Virus record (IMG/VR): IMGVR_UViG_3300047279_000159
Span: 1-51,607 of that record
Direction: 5' to 3' (one strand)
Source of the DNA: a virus
Taxonomy: Duplodnaviria > Caudoviricetes
Length of the DNA stretch: 51,607 nucleotides
Shown: piece by piece, positions 1-6,705 of the stretch
Numbering within the stretch: the first letter of the stretch is position 1
Layout of the letters: each line of letters begins with the position of its first letter
Notes under the pieces: generated by a model
The model's database searches: none
What the model was told of the DNA's origin: nothing
The model's input: only the letters and a program-made list of their open reading frames with translations
Program-made: the position numbers and the translations under genes

Positions 1-458
1 AAATTAGATCTGCCATGCGGAACTACTTGTGTATCATTGATTTGACTTAGTGCATAAGGGATCATTCCTTTAGAAGTCTTGTTATCTTTATATGCAAAGG
101 CAAAGCCGTAGACATAGTCTTGTTCTTTACCTTTAGTTGGTAGCCATGCGGCATACCATACTGATTCATAGTGATACAGAATACCTACGGTTGAACTCTT
201 AGCATCAGGGCCAAAGCCCGTGATGCGTTTGAATTCATGGTGTCTACGTTCGACAGGCTCAGCATTGATCAAGTCAATTGCATCTTGCACCAATGAAGTT
301 CTGATTACATCCTCTGGTACAAACCCATAGGGTTGACCCAGTGGAAACTTAGGCTTCTTTGATTTGGTCTTTGTATCTGTAGTGCGAGCTAGTTGTTTGA
401 GCGTTGGATCGTACGCAAGCAACTCAACTTGTAAGTTTTCTGGTAATTGAAATTGCAT
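1..458 (-). CDS. hypothetical early protein, runs off the left edge (MQFQLPENLQVELLAYDPTLKQ...)
   Basis: Manual translation: ATG at 458, open to the window edge; ACTCA-rich leader. Confidence 0.75.
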   Translation of the reverse strand, partial: MQFQLPENLQVELLAYDPTLKQLARTTDTKTKSKKPKFPLGQPYGFVPEDVIRTSLVQDAIDLINAEPVERRHHEFKRITGFGPDAKSSTVGILYHYESVWYAAWLPTKGKEQDYVYGFAFAYKDNKTSKGMIPYALSQINDTQVVPHGRSN

Positions 459-486
459 AGTGAGTTTGTAGTGAGTGAGTAGTGAT

Positions 487-513
487 AAGCAGTTTAACGT
501 CATGCTTAGGACG
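487..513 (-). ncRNA. candidate H-type pseudoknot, copy 1
   Basis: Minus strand CGTC ctAAGCAt GACG ttaaac TGCTT; covaries with the copy at 3798-3824. Confidence 0.65.
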
Positions 514-540
514 GTAGATACTACGGCTAGATTGGATTCT

Positions 541-801
541 CTAGTCGTTTAGATTGGAGTTGTCAACTTCGACCAGTCGCCAATCAAGATTGAGTGAATC
601 AAGATAGCTACAGAAGTCATCTTCATCCACAGGAATTGATACCTCTGTATCCACAACAAACCTTGTTTCACATACTCCAGGAGCAAACTCAGCAGGGCTG
701 TCGTGTGTTGGTAGGCAGACAAGCATACTGTCTTCAACCAATGCTTCAACTGTGCAATAGTCATCATCGATTTCAAATTTGTGGATAGCTAGGACTGACA
801 T
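541..801 (-). CDS. acidic hypothetical protein
   Basis: 86-aa ORF in the leftward gene run. Confidence 0.7.
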   Translation of the reverse strand: MSVLAIHKFEIDDDYCTVEALVEDSMLVCLPTHDSPAEFAPGVCETRFVVDTEVSIPVDEDDFCSYLDSLNLDWRLVEVDNSNLND

Positions 802-804
802 GCG

Positions 805-1002
805 TTAGACCTCTACTGTTTGTTTGACTTGTGCAAAGCTGGAGCTAGGTCCATACTTAGCAACGATATCAGGGAATGCATCAAGCAAACGTTGCCGATT
901 CGTTGGATCGGCATAGCGTAATGCTTGTGCAAGTGCGGATACGAATGAGCCACCATATTGATCCATCAATGTGATCATGGCGTGGAGTTGAGTTGATGTC
1001 AT
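805..1002 (-). CDS. small hypothetical phage protein (MTSTQLHAM...YGGSFVSALAQALRYAD)
   Basis: ATG at 1002 preceded by ACTCAACTCAC; start moved from the ORF track. Confidence 0.75.
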   Translation of the reverse strand: MTSTQLHAMITLMDQYGGSFVSALAQALRYADPTNRQRLLDAFPDIVAKYGPSSSFAQVKQTVEV

Positions 1003-1012
1003 GTGAGTTGAG

Positions 1013-1210
1013 TTAAAACAGTTGAATGTTTCGCTTGGACAACCCTGTGCCCGGGATCGATACTGATCCACGGACACCAGAGTCACGGGCGTTCAACGTT
1101 AGCTGAAACGGTCCAAGCTTGAATGATTTGGTATAGGATTTAACACCACGTTCAGTGATATTAAAACCAGCGATTGTCTTGTCAAAGTTGACAATAGATT
1201 TCTTAGTCAT
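1013..1210 (-). CDS. DUF4236-like small basic protein
   Basis: KSFKLGPFQLTLN...GSVSIPGTGLS resembles DUF4236; ATG at 1210. Confidence 0.55.
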   Translation of the reverse strand: MTKKSIVNFDKTIAGFNITERGVKSYTKSFKLGPFQLTLNARDSGVRGSVSIPGTGLSKRNIQLF

Positions 1211-1610
1211 TAGGCAATGCCTCCAGTGCGCGGCGGATGGCAGGGGCGTCAAACCCCATTCCCATTGAGTTGGCATCGCCCCTTAGAAACTCCAGTTCTG
1301 CCAGCGCCTGCTCTTTCAAGCTCGGCGGCTTGGGGCGGCGGGCGGCGCGGAGTTTTACTGCAACGTCGGCGTAATAGTTACCGTTGCTAGGGCACAGCCA
1401 CTCACAACACGCTTCCAGCTCCTGGTCTGCACCAGCTTGATATGCTTGGGCAATCTGCTCAGCCTCCAACTTGAGTTGTTGGTCGGCGCCCCATTGGGCG
1501 GCTTGCGTGGCAATCATGCGAACGTCAGGGCCTGGCGGTTGATCATGCGCTTCAGTCATCCATTGCTGCACCAACTCAGGCGGTGGAGTGATTGGGTGTT
1601 GATCAATCAT
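1203..1610 (-). CDS. cyanophage-type hypothetical protein (HPITPPPELVQQW...GADQELEACCEWL...RRPKPPSLKEQAL)
   Basis: 135-aa ORF, visibly GC-richer than its neighbours, internal GADQ repeat. Confidence 0.8.
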   Translation of the reverse strand: MIDQHPITPPPELVQQWMTEAHDQPPGPDVRMIATQAAQWGADQQLKLEAEQIAQAYQAGADQELEACCEWLCPSNGNYYADVAVKLRAARRPKPPSLKEQALAELEFLRGDANSMGMGFDAPAIRRALEALPND

Positions 1611-1908
1611 CGTTGTAATCTGCAGAGTTGGTTTCAGTTAACACAAAGCTTAATGAAAGGATTGGACCAAGGTCTATTAATGGATCTAAGTTTTTAATTG
1701 GTGGATGATAGGTGGCTTGTAATCCACCGGTAGCAATAGTAATCTTCTCTTTGTATGCAGAGTCCAACAGAAATTTCGCACGTTGTTTAAGACGTGCAAT
1801 GGTTGGTACTGCATCTGGATCACGCCACTTCCAATCGAGAGCAGTCATTGCTACATAGACACGATCAAAGTTGAACGTCTCAAGAATGTAATCAATCTCG
1901 TCGTTCAC
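1603..1908 (-). CDS. hypothetical protein
   Basis: 101-aa ORF overlapping both neighbours by a few nt. Confidence 0.75.
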   Translation of the reverse strand: MNDEIDYILETFNFDRVYVAMTALDWKWRDPDAVPTIARLKQRAKFLLDSAYKEKITIATGGLQATYHPPIKNLDPLIDLGPILSLSFVLTETNSADYNDD

Positions 1909-2123
1909 TTAAGATCCTCCGGCAGTAGTGCCTGAGTATCTGCTTCGTCCATGTTGGTCATCATAAACTTTTCTCCGTTGGGAGCAATAAAGCCCCCAAC
2001 GAAACCAACACCATACTTATCTGCAGATTCTTTCATCCGCGCAACAAGTTGCATAGCTTCAAGACGTTGGCGATCCACTGAATCAGGGATGCGTGGCTTG
2101 GGTGAGTCGTTAAGGATTGACAT
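1905..2123 (-). CDS. hypothetical protein (MSILNDSPKPRIPDS...)
   Basis: ATG at 2123, in operon context. Confidence 0.7.
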   Translation of the reverse strand: MSILNDSPKPRIPDSVDRQRLEAMQLVARMKESADKYGVGFVGGFIAPNGEKFMMTNMDEADTQALLPEDLK

Positions 2124-2127
2124 TGAT

Positions 2128-2277
2128 TTATTTAGTAGGTTGATTGAGTTGCTTGAGGTAAGACTCAATGATGTAAGCAGCAAGATTACTTACGCTTCTG
2201 CCTTGGTCGGCAGCTACATTACCTAATGTTTTCAAGACGCTTGCTGGGAGCGTCGCTGTGATTCGAGTTGAGGTCAT
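2128..2277 (-). CDS. ribbon-helix-helix (CopG/Arc-like) DNA-binding protein
   Basis: MTSTRITATLP...LGNVAADQGRSVSNLAAYIIESYL is a typical RHH pattern. Confidence 0.75.
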   Translation of the reverse strand: MTSTRITATLPASVLKTLGNVAADQGRSVSNLAAYIIESYLKQLNQPTK

Positions 2278-2404
2278 CGGGTTTGAAATGGAATGAGTGT
2301 GTAATCTATCATGGCTGTCAACCCCTGGCCATGGGCATGTAACAAGTGTTACGATGACTGAGTCTTGCAAGACCCAGTGGCCACTGGTTGTTTAGTTAAG
2401 GGTT

Positions 2405-2483
2405 CCATCGTTCAGGCCGATGGCATAGCATGGAGTGTCTGGCCGCACCAGACTTAGGTTCTAATGCGAACCAACTCCATGCT
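2405..2483. ncRNA. candidate structured RNA: three-way junction plus flanking hairpin
   Basis: 10-bp stem AGCATGGAGT/ACTCCATGCT enclosing GTCTGG/CCAGAC and GGTTC/GAACC hairpins; adjacent CCATCG/CGATGG hairpin. Confidence 0.5.
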
Positions 2484-2510
2484 TAACCTATTCTTAACCT
2501 CGCCGTATAA

Positions 2511-2588
2511 GTACTTGCTCGGTTACTTGTACGGTACATGCTCGGTACTTGTACATTTACTTGTACAATACATGTCTAGTTACTTGTA
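2511..2588. repeat. degenerate short tandem repeat TAC(T/A)TG
   Basis: Seven TACTTG/TACATG units in about 78 nt. Confidence 0.6.
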
Positions 2589-2831
2589 ATGAACTTGGCG
2601 TATGCGATAGCTAAGGACATCCCTTGACCAGGTACTGTCTGGGTGATTGATCACAGCTTCGAATGCTTCATCGATTGCATCATTGGAACCACCATGGTTC
2701 AGTGCATCAATTACGGCATAGTCCAATGCATCCATTAGATCATCGACAGCTGTACGCTTACTTGTTGGTAAGTCTCTAGCTTTAGCTTTGTAGTAATCAT
2801 TAAGATCATCAGGTAGTTCAGCAGTAGTCAT
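2580..2831 (-). CDS. hypothetical protein
   Basis: 83-aa ORF. Confidence 0.7.
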   Translation of the reverse strand: MTTAELPDDLNDYYKAKARDLPTSKRTAVDDLMDALDYAVIDALNHGGSNDAIDEAFEAVINHPDSTWSRDVLSYRIRQVHYK

Positions 2832-2924
2832 GAGTAATGTTGGTGAGGAATTGAGAGTTAGTTAAGGTAAGTACCTAGAAGATTAAAGGTATCTCCTGGT
2901 ACTCCCACCGGGGGTGTGGGGGGT

Positions 2925-3184
2925 GGACAGTAGTTATCTGTCAATACCTTTGAGTTAAACTAGATGTAACAGTAAAAGATTAATGCAGTTAGCTGGTAAA
3001 TACGCACAACAAGCCTCTGTTTCTGACGTTGTTAAACTTGCTAAAACAATGATGCCAGGCAAACAACTTGCGGCTGGTGATGAAGAAAGCGAACTTGTTG
3101 CACGTTTAGTATCTGCTTCTGTAAAATTAGGCTTAGATCCAGGTACTATAGTTCAACAAGTGATAGGACAGTAGTTATTCGTCA
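2925..3184. repeat. direct repeats GGACAGTAGTTAT(CT/TC)GTCA flanking a lone plus-strand ORF
   Basis: 2925-2943 vs 3166-3184, 17/19 identical. Confidence 0.7.
2983..3174 (+). CDS. small hypothetical protein, opposite orientation to the cluster
   Basis: 63-aa ORF with AT-rich upstream region. Confidence 0.55.
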   Translation: MQLAGKYAQQASVSDVVKLAKTMMPGKQLAAGDEESELVARLVSASVKLGLDPGTIVQQVIGQ

Positions 3185-3202
3185 TTAACCCGGGGGTTGT
3201 TA

Positions 3203-3559
3203 TTAAATTAGGTAGAGAAGCCTAAGCCAGCTGTCGGGATGGTCTGGTTCGACCTCGTCTTCACCTGGCGTGAAGCAGTACGAGTCGAAGGTCCACTCTT
3301 CGAGGTCTTCGAGGGACGGGATGTCGTACCAACCCTCGAGGTCTTCCTGTTCTTCACGACTGTAGTTACCACCGCTTGGCTTCCAGTAGTAACGGTAGGT
3401 TCCACGCTTGCTTCGGTAGATACTACCGGGCTTGGGGATACCTCCATCTTTTGGGTCGTAGTTAATTTCTGGTTCGAACTGAAGTTCAGCTTTGTCACCA
3501 GTGAGGGGTTCGTGGCCAATTGCGTAGGCCATGAACTTCTGTTCCGTTGTAAGAGCCAT
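3203..3559 (-). CDS. acidic hypothetical protein (...EEWTFDSYCFTPGEDEVEPDHPDSWL)
   Basis: 118-aa ORF with globular-looking composition. Confidence 0.75.
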   Translation of the reverse strand: MALTTEQKFMAYAIGHEPLTGDKAELQFEPEINYDPKDGGIPKPGSIYRSKRGTYRYYWKPSGGNYSREEQEDLEGWYDIPSLEDLEEWTFDSYCFTPGEDEVEPDHPDSWLRLLYLI

Positions 3560-3648
3560 GTAATTGCTTGGATGAGTAAGGTGAATAGGATGTAGACAGC
3601 CGCCACAATTAATGTGACGGTGTCATAGTTAGATTGCTGCGTCTTCAT
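3208..3648 (-). CDS. possible membrane-anchored S/T/K-rich protein overlapping 3203-3559
   Basis: N-terminal TM helix VTLIVAAVYILFTLLIQAITWLL lies in non-overlapped sequence; frame stays open about 350 nt into the next gene. Confidence 0.5.
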   Translation of the reverse strand: MKTQQSNYDTVTLIVAAVYILFTLLIQAITWLLQRNRSSWPTQLATNPSLVTKLNFSSNQKLTTTQKMEVSPSPVVSTEASVEPTVTTGSQAVVTTVVKNRKTSRVGTTSRPSKTSKSGPSTRTASRQVKTRSNQTIPTAGLGFST

Positions 3649-3775
3649 AGTAGTCTGCTTCGTATTGTTCACGTAATGCATTAGCCATTTCGTAGACCAG
3701 GTCCGCCATGCAGTCTACGTAGTCAGCAACGGCTTGGTCTTGGAGTTGATCAAGTTCTGGTTGTGAGTAAGTCAT
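3629..3775 (-). CDS. small acidic protein (MTYSQPELDQ...)
   Basis: ATG at 3775 just downstream of pseudoknot copy 2. Confidence 0.65.
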   Translation of the reverse strand: MTYSQPELDQLQDQAVADYVDCMADLVYEMANALREQYEADYYEDAAI

Positions 3776-3797
3776 TGTTGAATTGCAATGGGACAGC

Positions 3798-3824
3798 GAG
3801 TAGTTTAAGGACATACTCAGGTCC
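3798..3824 (-). ncRNA. candidate H-type pseudoknot, copy 2
   Basis: Minus strand GGAC ctGAGTAt GTCC ttaaac TACTC. Confidence 0.65.
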
Positions 3825-3876
3825 ATTCAATTATTAAATTTAGATTTCCCCTGGCGCTCTTAAACCATTGATGTGG

Positions 3877-4050
3877 TTACGACTGCTGCAGTGGGGGATG
3901 CGGGGTAATCGTTAGTTTCTCATCTTCTAGTTGATAAGTTAATCTGACGGAAGAATTAATACCACTGATGTAAATAGTTAGCTTGTTACCTTTGCAATAC
4001 ACAGAGACATTCTCTGGATTGTTGATGTTAAGTTGCTCGATGAGTTCCAT
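3877..4050 (-). CDS. 57-aa hypothetical protein (MELIEQLNINNPENVSVYCKGN...)
   Basis: Manual translation, below the ORF-track cutoff; fills the gap in the operon. Confidence 0.6.
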   Translation of the reverse strand: MELIEQLNINNPENVSVYCKGNKLTIYISGINSSVRLTYQLEDEKLTITPHPPLQQS

Positions 4051-4054
4051 GTGA

Positions 4055-4303
4055 TTAGTTGTGTACGACGAAGTCTGAATGAGTGGTTAGTTCATTGATG
4101 GGGATAACGTCCACTTCCTTGAGTTCTTCAAGTTGTGGAACCAAGTTAATGCCATACTCTTCGTAATCTGCAGAGTGATCTTCAATTACTTCACAGCCAG
4201 CATCTTCGAGCTGGTCGATGGCTTTGTCCCAGGTGTTGGCTTGGACTAGGACGTTAGCATAACGCCCAGTCAAGTCCGTAACAAGTGCTACGTAATAAGT
4301 CAT
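4055..4303 (-). CDS. acidic hypothetical protein (MTYYVALVTDLTGR...)
   Basis: ATG overlaps the upstream stop (ATGA). Confidence 0.7.
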   Translation of the reverse strand: MTYYVALVTDLTGRYANVLVQANTWDKAIDQLEDAGCEVIEDHSADYEEYGINLVPQLEELKEVDVIPINELTTHSDFVVHN

Positions 4304-4503
4304 GGCTTGAGAGGTTGAGTTAGTTGAGTAGGTATTTGAGTTGGCTTGGTTACATCTGTACCAAGCATTGCACTGACTGTGATAAGTGAGATGCCAAATA
4401 CTATGCACGATATAAAGGCTGCACCAAGAGGTAACTCTTTGCGTTCACCATAGGAATCAAGGTGCACGTATTTGCCACGATCTAGTTTGACAATGTGTTT
4501 CAT
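4300..4503 (-). CDS. small membrane protein
   Basis: Hydrophobic segment AAFISCIVFGISLITVSAMLG; ACTCAACTCAC leader. Confidence 0.7.
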   Translation of the reverse strand: MKHIVKLDRGKYVHLDSYGERKELPLGAAFISCIVFGISLITVSAMLGTDVTKPTQIPTQLTQPLKP

Positions 4504-4527
4504 GTGAGTTGAGTGAGTAGTGTTGAC

Positions 4528-4585
4528 GTAGACCTCAGAGGTGAGGCCTACAGAAAAGGACCGAAGTCCCTTAGTGTAGGCGTCA
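4528..4585 (-). ncRNA. long hairpin element with cUUCGg cap and alternative 3' hairpin, copy 1
   Basis: TGAcGCCTACA ct AAGGGAC TTCG GTCCTT ttc TGTAGGCcTCA cctc TGAGGTCTAC. Confidence 0.65.
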
Positions 4586-4960
4586 GAATACTAGAGCTTC
4601 TTCTGCGGGTTGAGCTGCGACCCTTGGCTTGGAACCAAAGGCATAGCTCATGACACGCATCTGGAACTCTGGATTCTTGAGCGGAGTAAGGACATCGTCT
4701 TTCATATAGAAAGCACGGATGCCTTTAATAGTTCCTCCGATAGTTAGCTCTTGACCAACAATGAGATTGCCATTGTTGAATGCAGTCATCAGCCCGTTGC
4801 TGTTATTAAATTTCACACGAACGTTCGTGTTCTCATTAATGGTATGCATGAGGGTAACGGCCAAGAAATCTTGACCTTCATACGTAGCAAGTTCCATGTG
4901 AGCAATGCGTCCATGGAGGCTGATCTGCTGGAAGTCAGGGAGCTGCTTGAGTTCAGTCAT
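4583..4960 (-). CDS. possible OB-fold single-stranded DNA-binding-like protein
   Basis: QQISLHGRI...GQELTIGGTI pattern resembles SSB beta strands. Confidence 0.45.
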   Translation of the reverse strand: MTELKQLPDFQQISLHGRIAHMELATYEGQDFLAVTLMHTINENTNVRVKFNNSNGLMTAFNNGNLIVGQELTIGGTIKGIRAFYMKDDVLTPLKNPEFQMRVMSYAFGSKPRVAAQPAEEALVF

Positions 4961-5007
4961 GGTTAGTACTGAGTTGAGTTAAGAGTCGTAGTACATATGT
5001 ACTTACG

Positions 5008-5057
5008 GCAGACAATGAAGTCTGCAGAGAGGGCCGAAGCCCTCTGGGCAAACATCA
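5008..5057 (-). ncRNA. long hairpin element, copy 2
   Basis: TGAtGTTTGC cc AGAGGGC TTCG GCCCTCT ct GCAGACtTCA tt GTCTGC. Confidence 0.65.
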
Positions 5058-5058
5058 G

Positions 5059-5316
5059 TTAGTCTTCGATGCCATACTCCTGTTCCCACTTCAGAGCGAT
5101 ACGGTTGATGTCAACCTTCTTCTGAAGTAGGACACAGATTGGCAGTAGGTCTTGGAATTGTGCCATACCATCTTGGAATTGATAGAACAGTTCAAGAGCT
5201 GCTTGACGCCGCTCTTCAACATTCCAATCAATACAAGGTAGTTCAGCACTGGAATCCCTACGAGCCAACAGTCTGGCGTCATGGGTTAGTAGATGTTCAA
5301 CTTGTGCAACGTTCAT
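5059..5316 (-). CDS. hypothetical protein
   Basis: 85-aa ORF flanked by repeat hairpins. Confidence 0.75.
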   Translation of the reverse strand: MNVAQVEHLLTHDARLLARRDSSAELPCIDWNVEERRQAALELFYQFQDGMAQFQDLLPICVLLQKKVDINRIALKWEQEYGIED

Positions 5317-5342
5317 GGTACTGAAGTTGAGTTGTGTTGATA

Positions 5343-5392
5343 GCAGACAGTGAAGTCTGCAGAGAGGACCGAAGTCCTCTGGGCAAACATCA
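5343..5392 (-). ncRNA. long hairpin element, copy 3
   Basis: Near-identical to copy 2 with a compensatory G-C to A-T change in the inner stem. Confidence 0.65.
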
Positions 5393-5393
5393 A

Positions 5394-5621
5394 TTAGGTG
5401 TTATGCATACCAGCAGAACAATAGTTGTACAAGTCAACCATTGCTATGTGAAGTTCACTCATGCTGGTAGGAAAGTCCATAAGAGTACGTGTGTATTCAT
5501 CGATCCACTCTGCTTCATCGTCATAACCTTCCAGTTCAAGTTGGAAATGGAGCTGAGTAGACTCACCACCATTCCAAATAACTCTGTCGCGTGAATCGAT
5601 GCAGGGTTGATACATCATCAT
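5394..5621 (-). CDS. acidic hypothetical protein
   Basis: 75-aa ORF. Confidence 0.7.
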   Translation of the reverse strand: MMMYQPCIDSRDRVIWNGGESTQLHFQLELEGYDDEAEWIDEYTRTLMDFPTSMSELHIAMVDLYNYCSAGMHNT

Positions 5622-5634
5622 TGATCTGAGTTAA

Positions 5635-5703
5635 GCCACACTCAGTGTGTGGCAAGTGCTGGACCAGGGTTTGCACCTGGTCACCCGCTTTAACGGATCA
5701 GCA
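5635..5703 (-). ncRNA. tRNA-like (T-arm) module, copy 1
   Basis: TGCTG a TCCG ttaaag CGGG tg ACCAGG tgcaaac CCTGGT c CAGCA, then 3' hairpin GCCACAC/GTGTGGC. Confidence 0.7.
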
Positions 5704-5853
5704 ATCAAGCATCTCATCCACATAGGACTTGATGACTTGAAGGTGCTCTTCCTCAAGAGTTTGGCTGTGACCATGCTCAAGCAGATCCAAGATCTGAAGC
5801 ATGATATTGTTGCCAACCTCTGTGCGAGAGAGGAGCGTTGTTGAGTTGACCAC
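5698..5853 (-). CDS. small hypothetical protein (...MLQILDLLEHGHSQTLEEEHLQVIKSYVDEMLDC), start uncertain
   Basis: Manual translation; TGA stop lies inside the tRNA-like module. Confidence 0.5.
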   Translation of the reverse strand: MVNSTTLLSRTEVGNNIMLQILDLLEHGHSQTLEEEHLQVIKSYVDEMLDC

Positions 5854-5874
5854 GGTAGAACTCCGTGTGTGCAG

Positions 5875-5944
5875 TGCCTATCTCTGCGGGAGGCAAGTGT
5901 TGCCAGTGGGTTTGCACCACTGGACTCGCTTTGACGAATCAACA
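5875..5944 (-). ncRNA. tRNA-like module, copy 2
   Basis: TGTTG a TTCG tcaaag CGAG t CCAGTGG tgcaaac CCACTGG CAACA, then TGCCT...agat AGGCA. Confidence 0.7.
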
Positions 5945-5945
5945 G

Positions 5946-6011
5946 TTACAACTCAGCTGTAACGACCATTATTTGGGAGGTCCCCCTCGTGCAGATAATG
6001 GATACAGCTCA
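5946..6011 (-). ncRNA. long hairpin with alternative 3' stem (same architecture as the 4528 family)
   Basis: AGCTGTA/TACAGCT and CCATTAT/ATAATGG stems, GAGG-GGGA-CCTC cap, competing GTTACAG/TTGTAAC hairpin. Confidence 0.5.
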
Positions 6012-6200
6012 ATTAGTTGTGTAGCCGTTGTCAGCACACCAAGCCATGTGGACTTGATGTGCATTAGCTGGCCATGCATGGTTCTTACATTGCACAGCAG
6101 TAGCGCGATCCAATACTGGAACGACTAACTGCAGTGTAATGAATGTGATAGAACCATAGATAGCTGCAGTGATAGCAACAGCTTTGAAGGTGATCTTCAT
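6009..6200 (-). CDS. membrane-anchored small protein with two Cys
   Basis: MKITFKAVAITAAIYGSITFITLQLVVP signal/TM; ACTCAACTCA leader. Confidence 0.7.
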   Translation of the reverse strand: MKITFKAVAITAAIYGSITFITLQLVVPVLDRATAVQCKNHAWPANAHQVHMAWCADNGYTTN

Positions 6201-6222
6201 TAATTTGAGTTGAGTGTGTGGC

Positions 6223-6290
6223 GCCCATCTCCACTTGGGGCAATTAGTGAAGGAGGGTTTGCACCTCCTTGCCCGCTTTAACGGATCACT
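6223..6290 (-). ncRNA. tRNA-like module, copy 3
   Basis: AGTG a TCCG ttaaag CGGG c AAGGAGG tgcaaac CCTCCTT CACT, then GCCC...agat GGGC. Confidence 0.7.
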
Positions 6291-6558
6291 TGGTTGTCGG
6301 ATAGACACGCTTGATGACATACTTATCTTGCTTCTCTAGTAGAGCAAGGTAGATGTATTGGTCTGGTGACTGATCGCCACCAGCCTTCATCAGTTGCTCA
6401 CGAACGGAAGTAAGAAGCATGTCAACTGTCGCTTTGTAGTGAAGAAGCATTGACTTTGCAATGACTATCTTCTTGCCTTGGCAGATGTGATGAGCTGCGA
6501 TTTCAATACGAGCATTGAACTCAACAGCCTTTGGATCTGCAGTGAGTGTAGTAGTCAT
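6286..6558 (-). CDS. hypothetical protein (MTTTLTADPKAVEFNARIE...)
   Basis: ATG at 6558 with ACTCAACTCACTCA leader. Confidence 0.7.
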   Translation of the reverse strand: MTTTLTADPKAVEFNARIEIAAHHICQGKKIVIAKSMLLHYKATVDMLLTSVREQLMKAGGDQSPDQYIYLALLEKQDKYVIKRVYPTTK

Positions 6559-6705
6559 GGTCTTGAGTGAGTTGAGTTGGACTTTGAATGCACCGTTAGC
6601 TTCGGTCACCTTTAGCCTTGCCTTTCCAACGGAGGAACGCAAGGTAGATGTGACAGCTTGCAAGGATTGCATGGTTGATAGCCACGTAGTTAGGCAGTAG
6701 TGAGG

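Noticed and set aside
5008-5057. Hammerhead ribozyme (CTGATG on the minus strand)
   Set aside because: Reads CTGATGT not CTGATGA, and lacks the GAAA core and three-stem arrangement
5631-5942. 103-aa minus-strand ORF from the track
   Set aside because: Runs through two structured RNA modules; a shorter ORF in another frame (5698-5853) fits better
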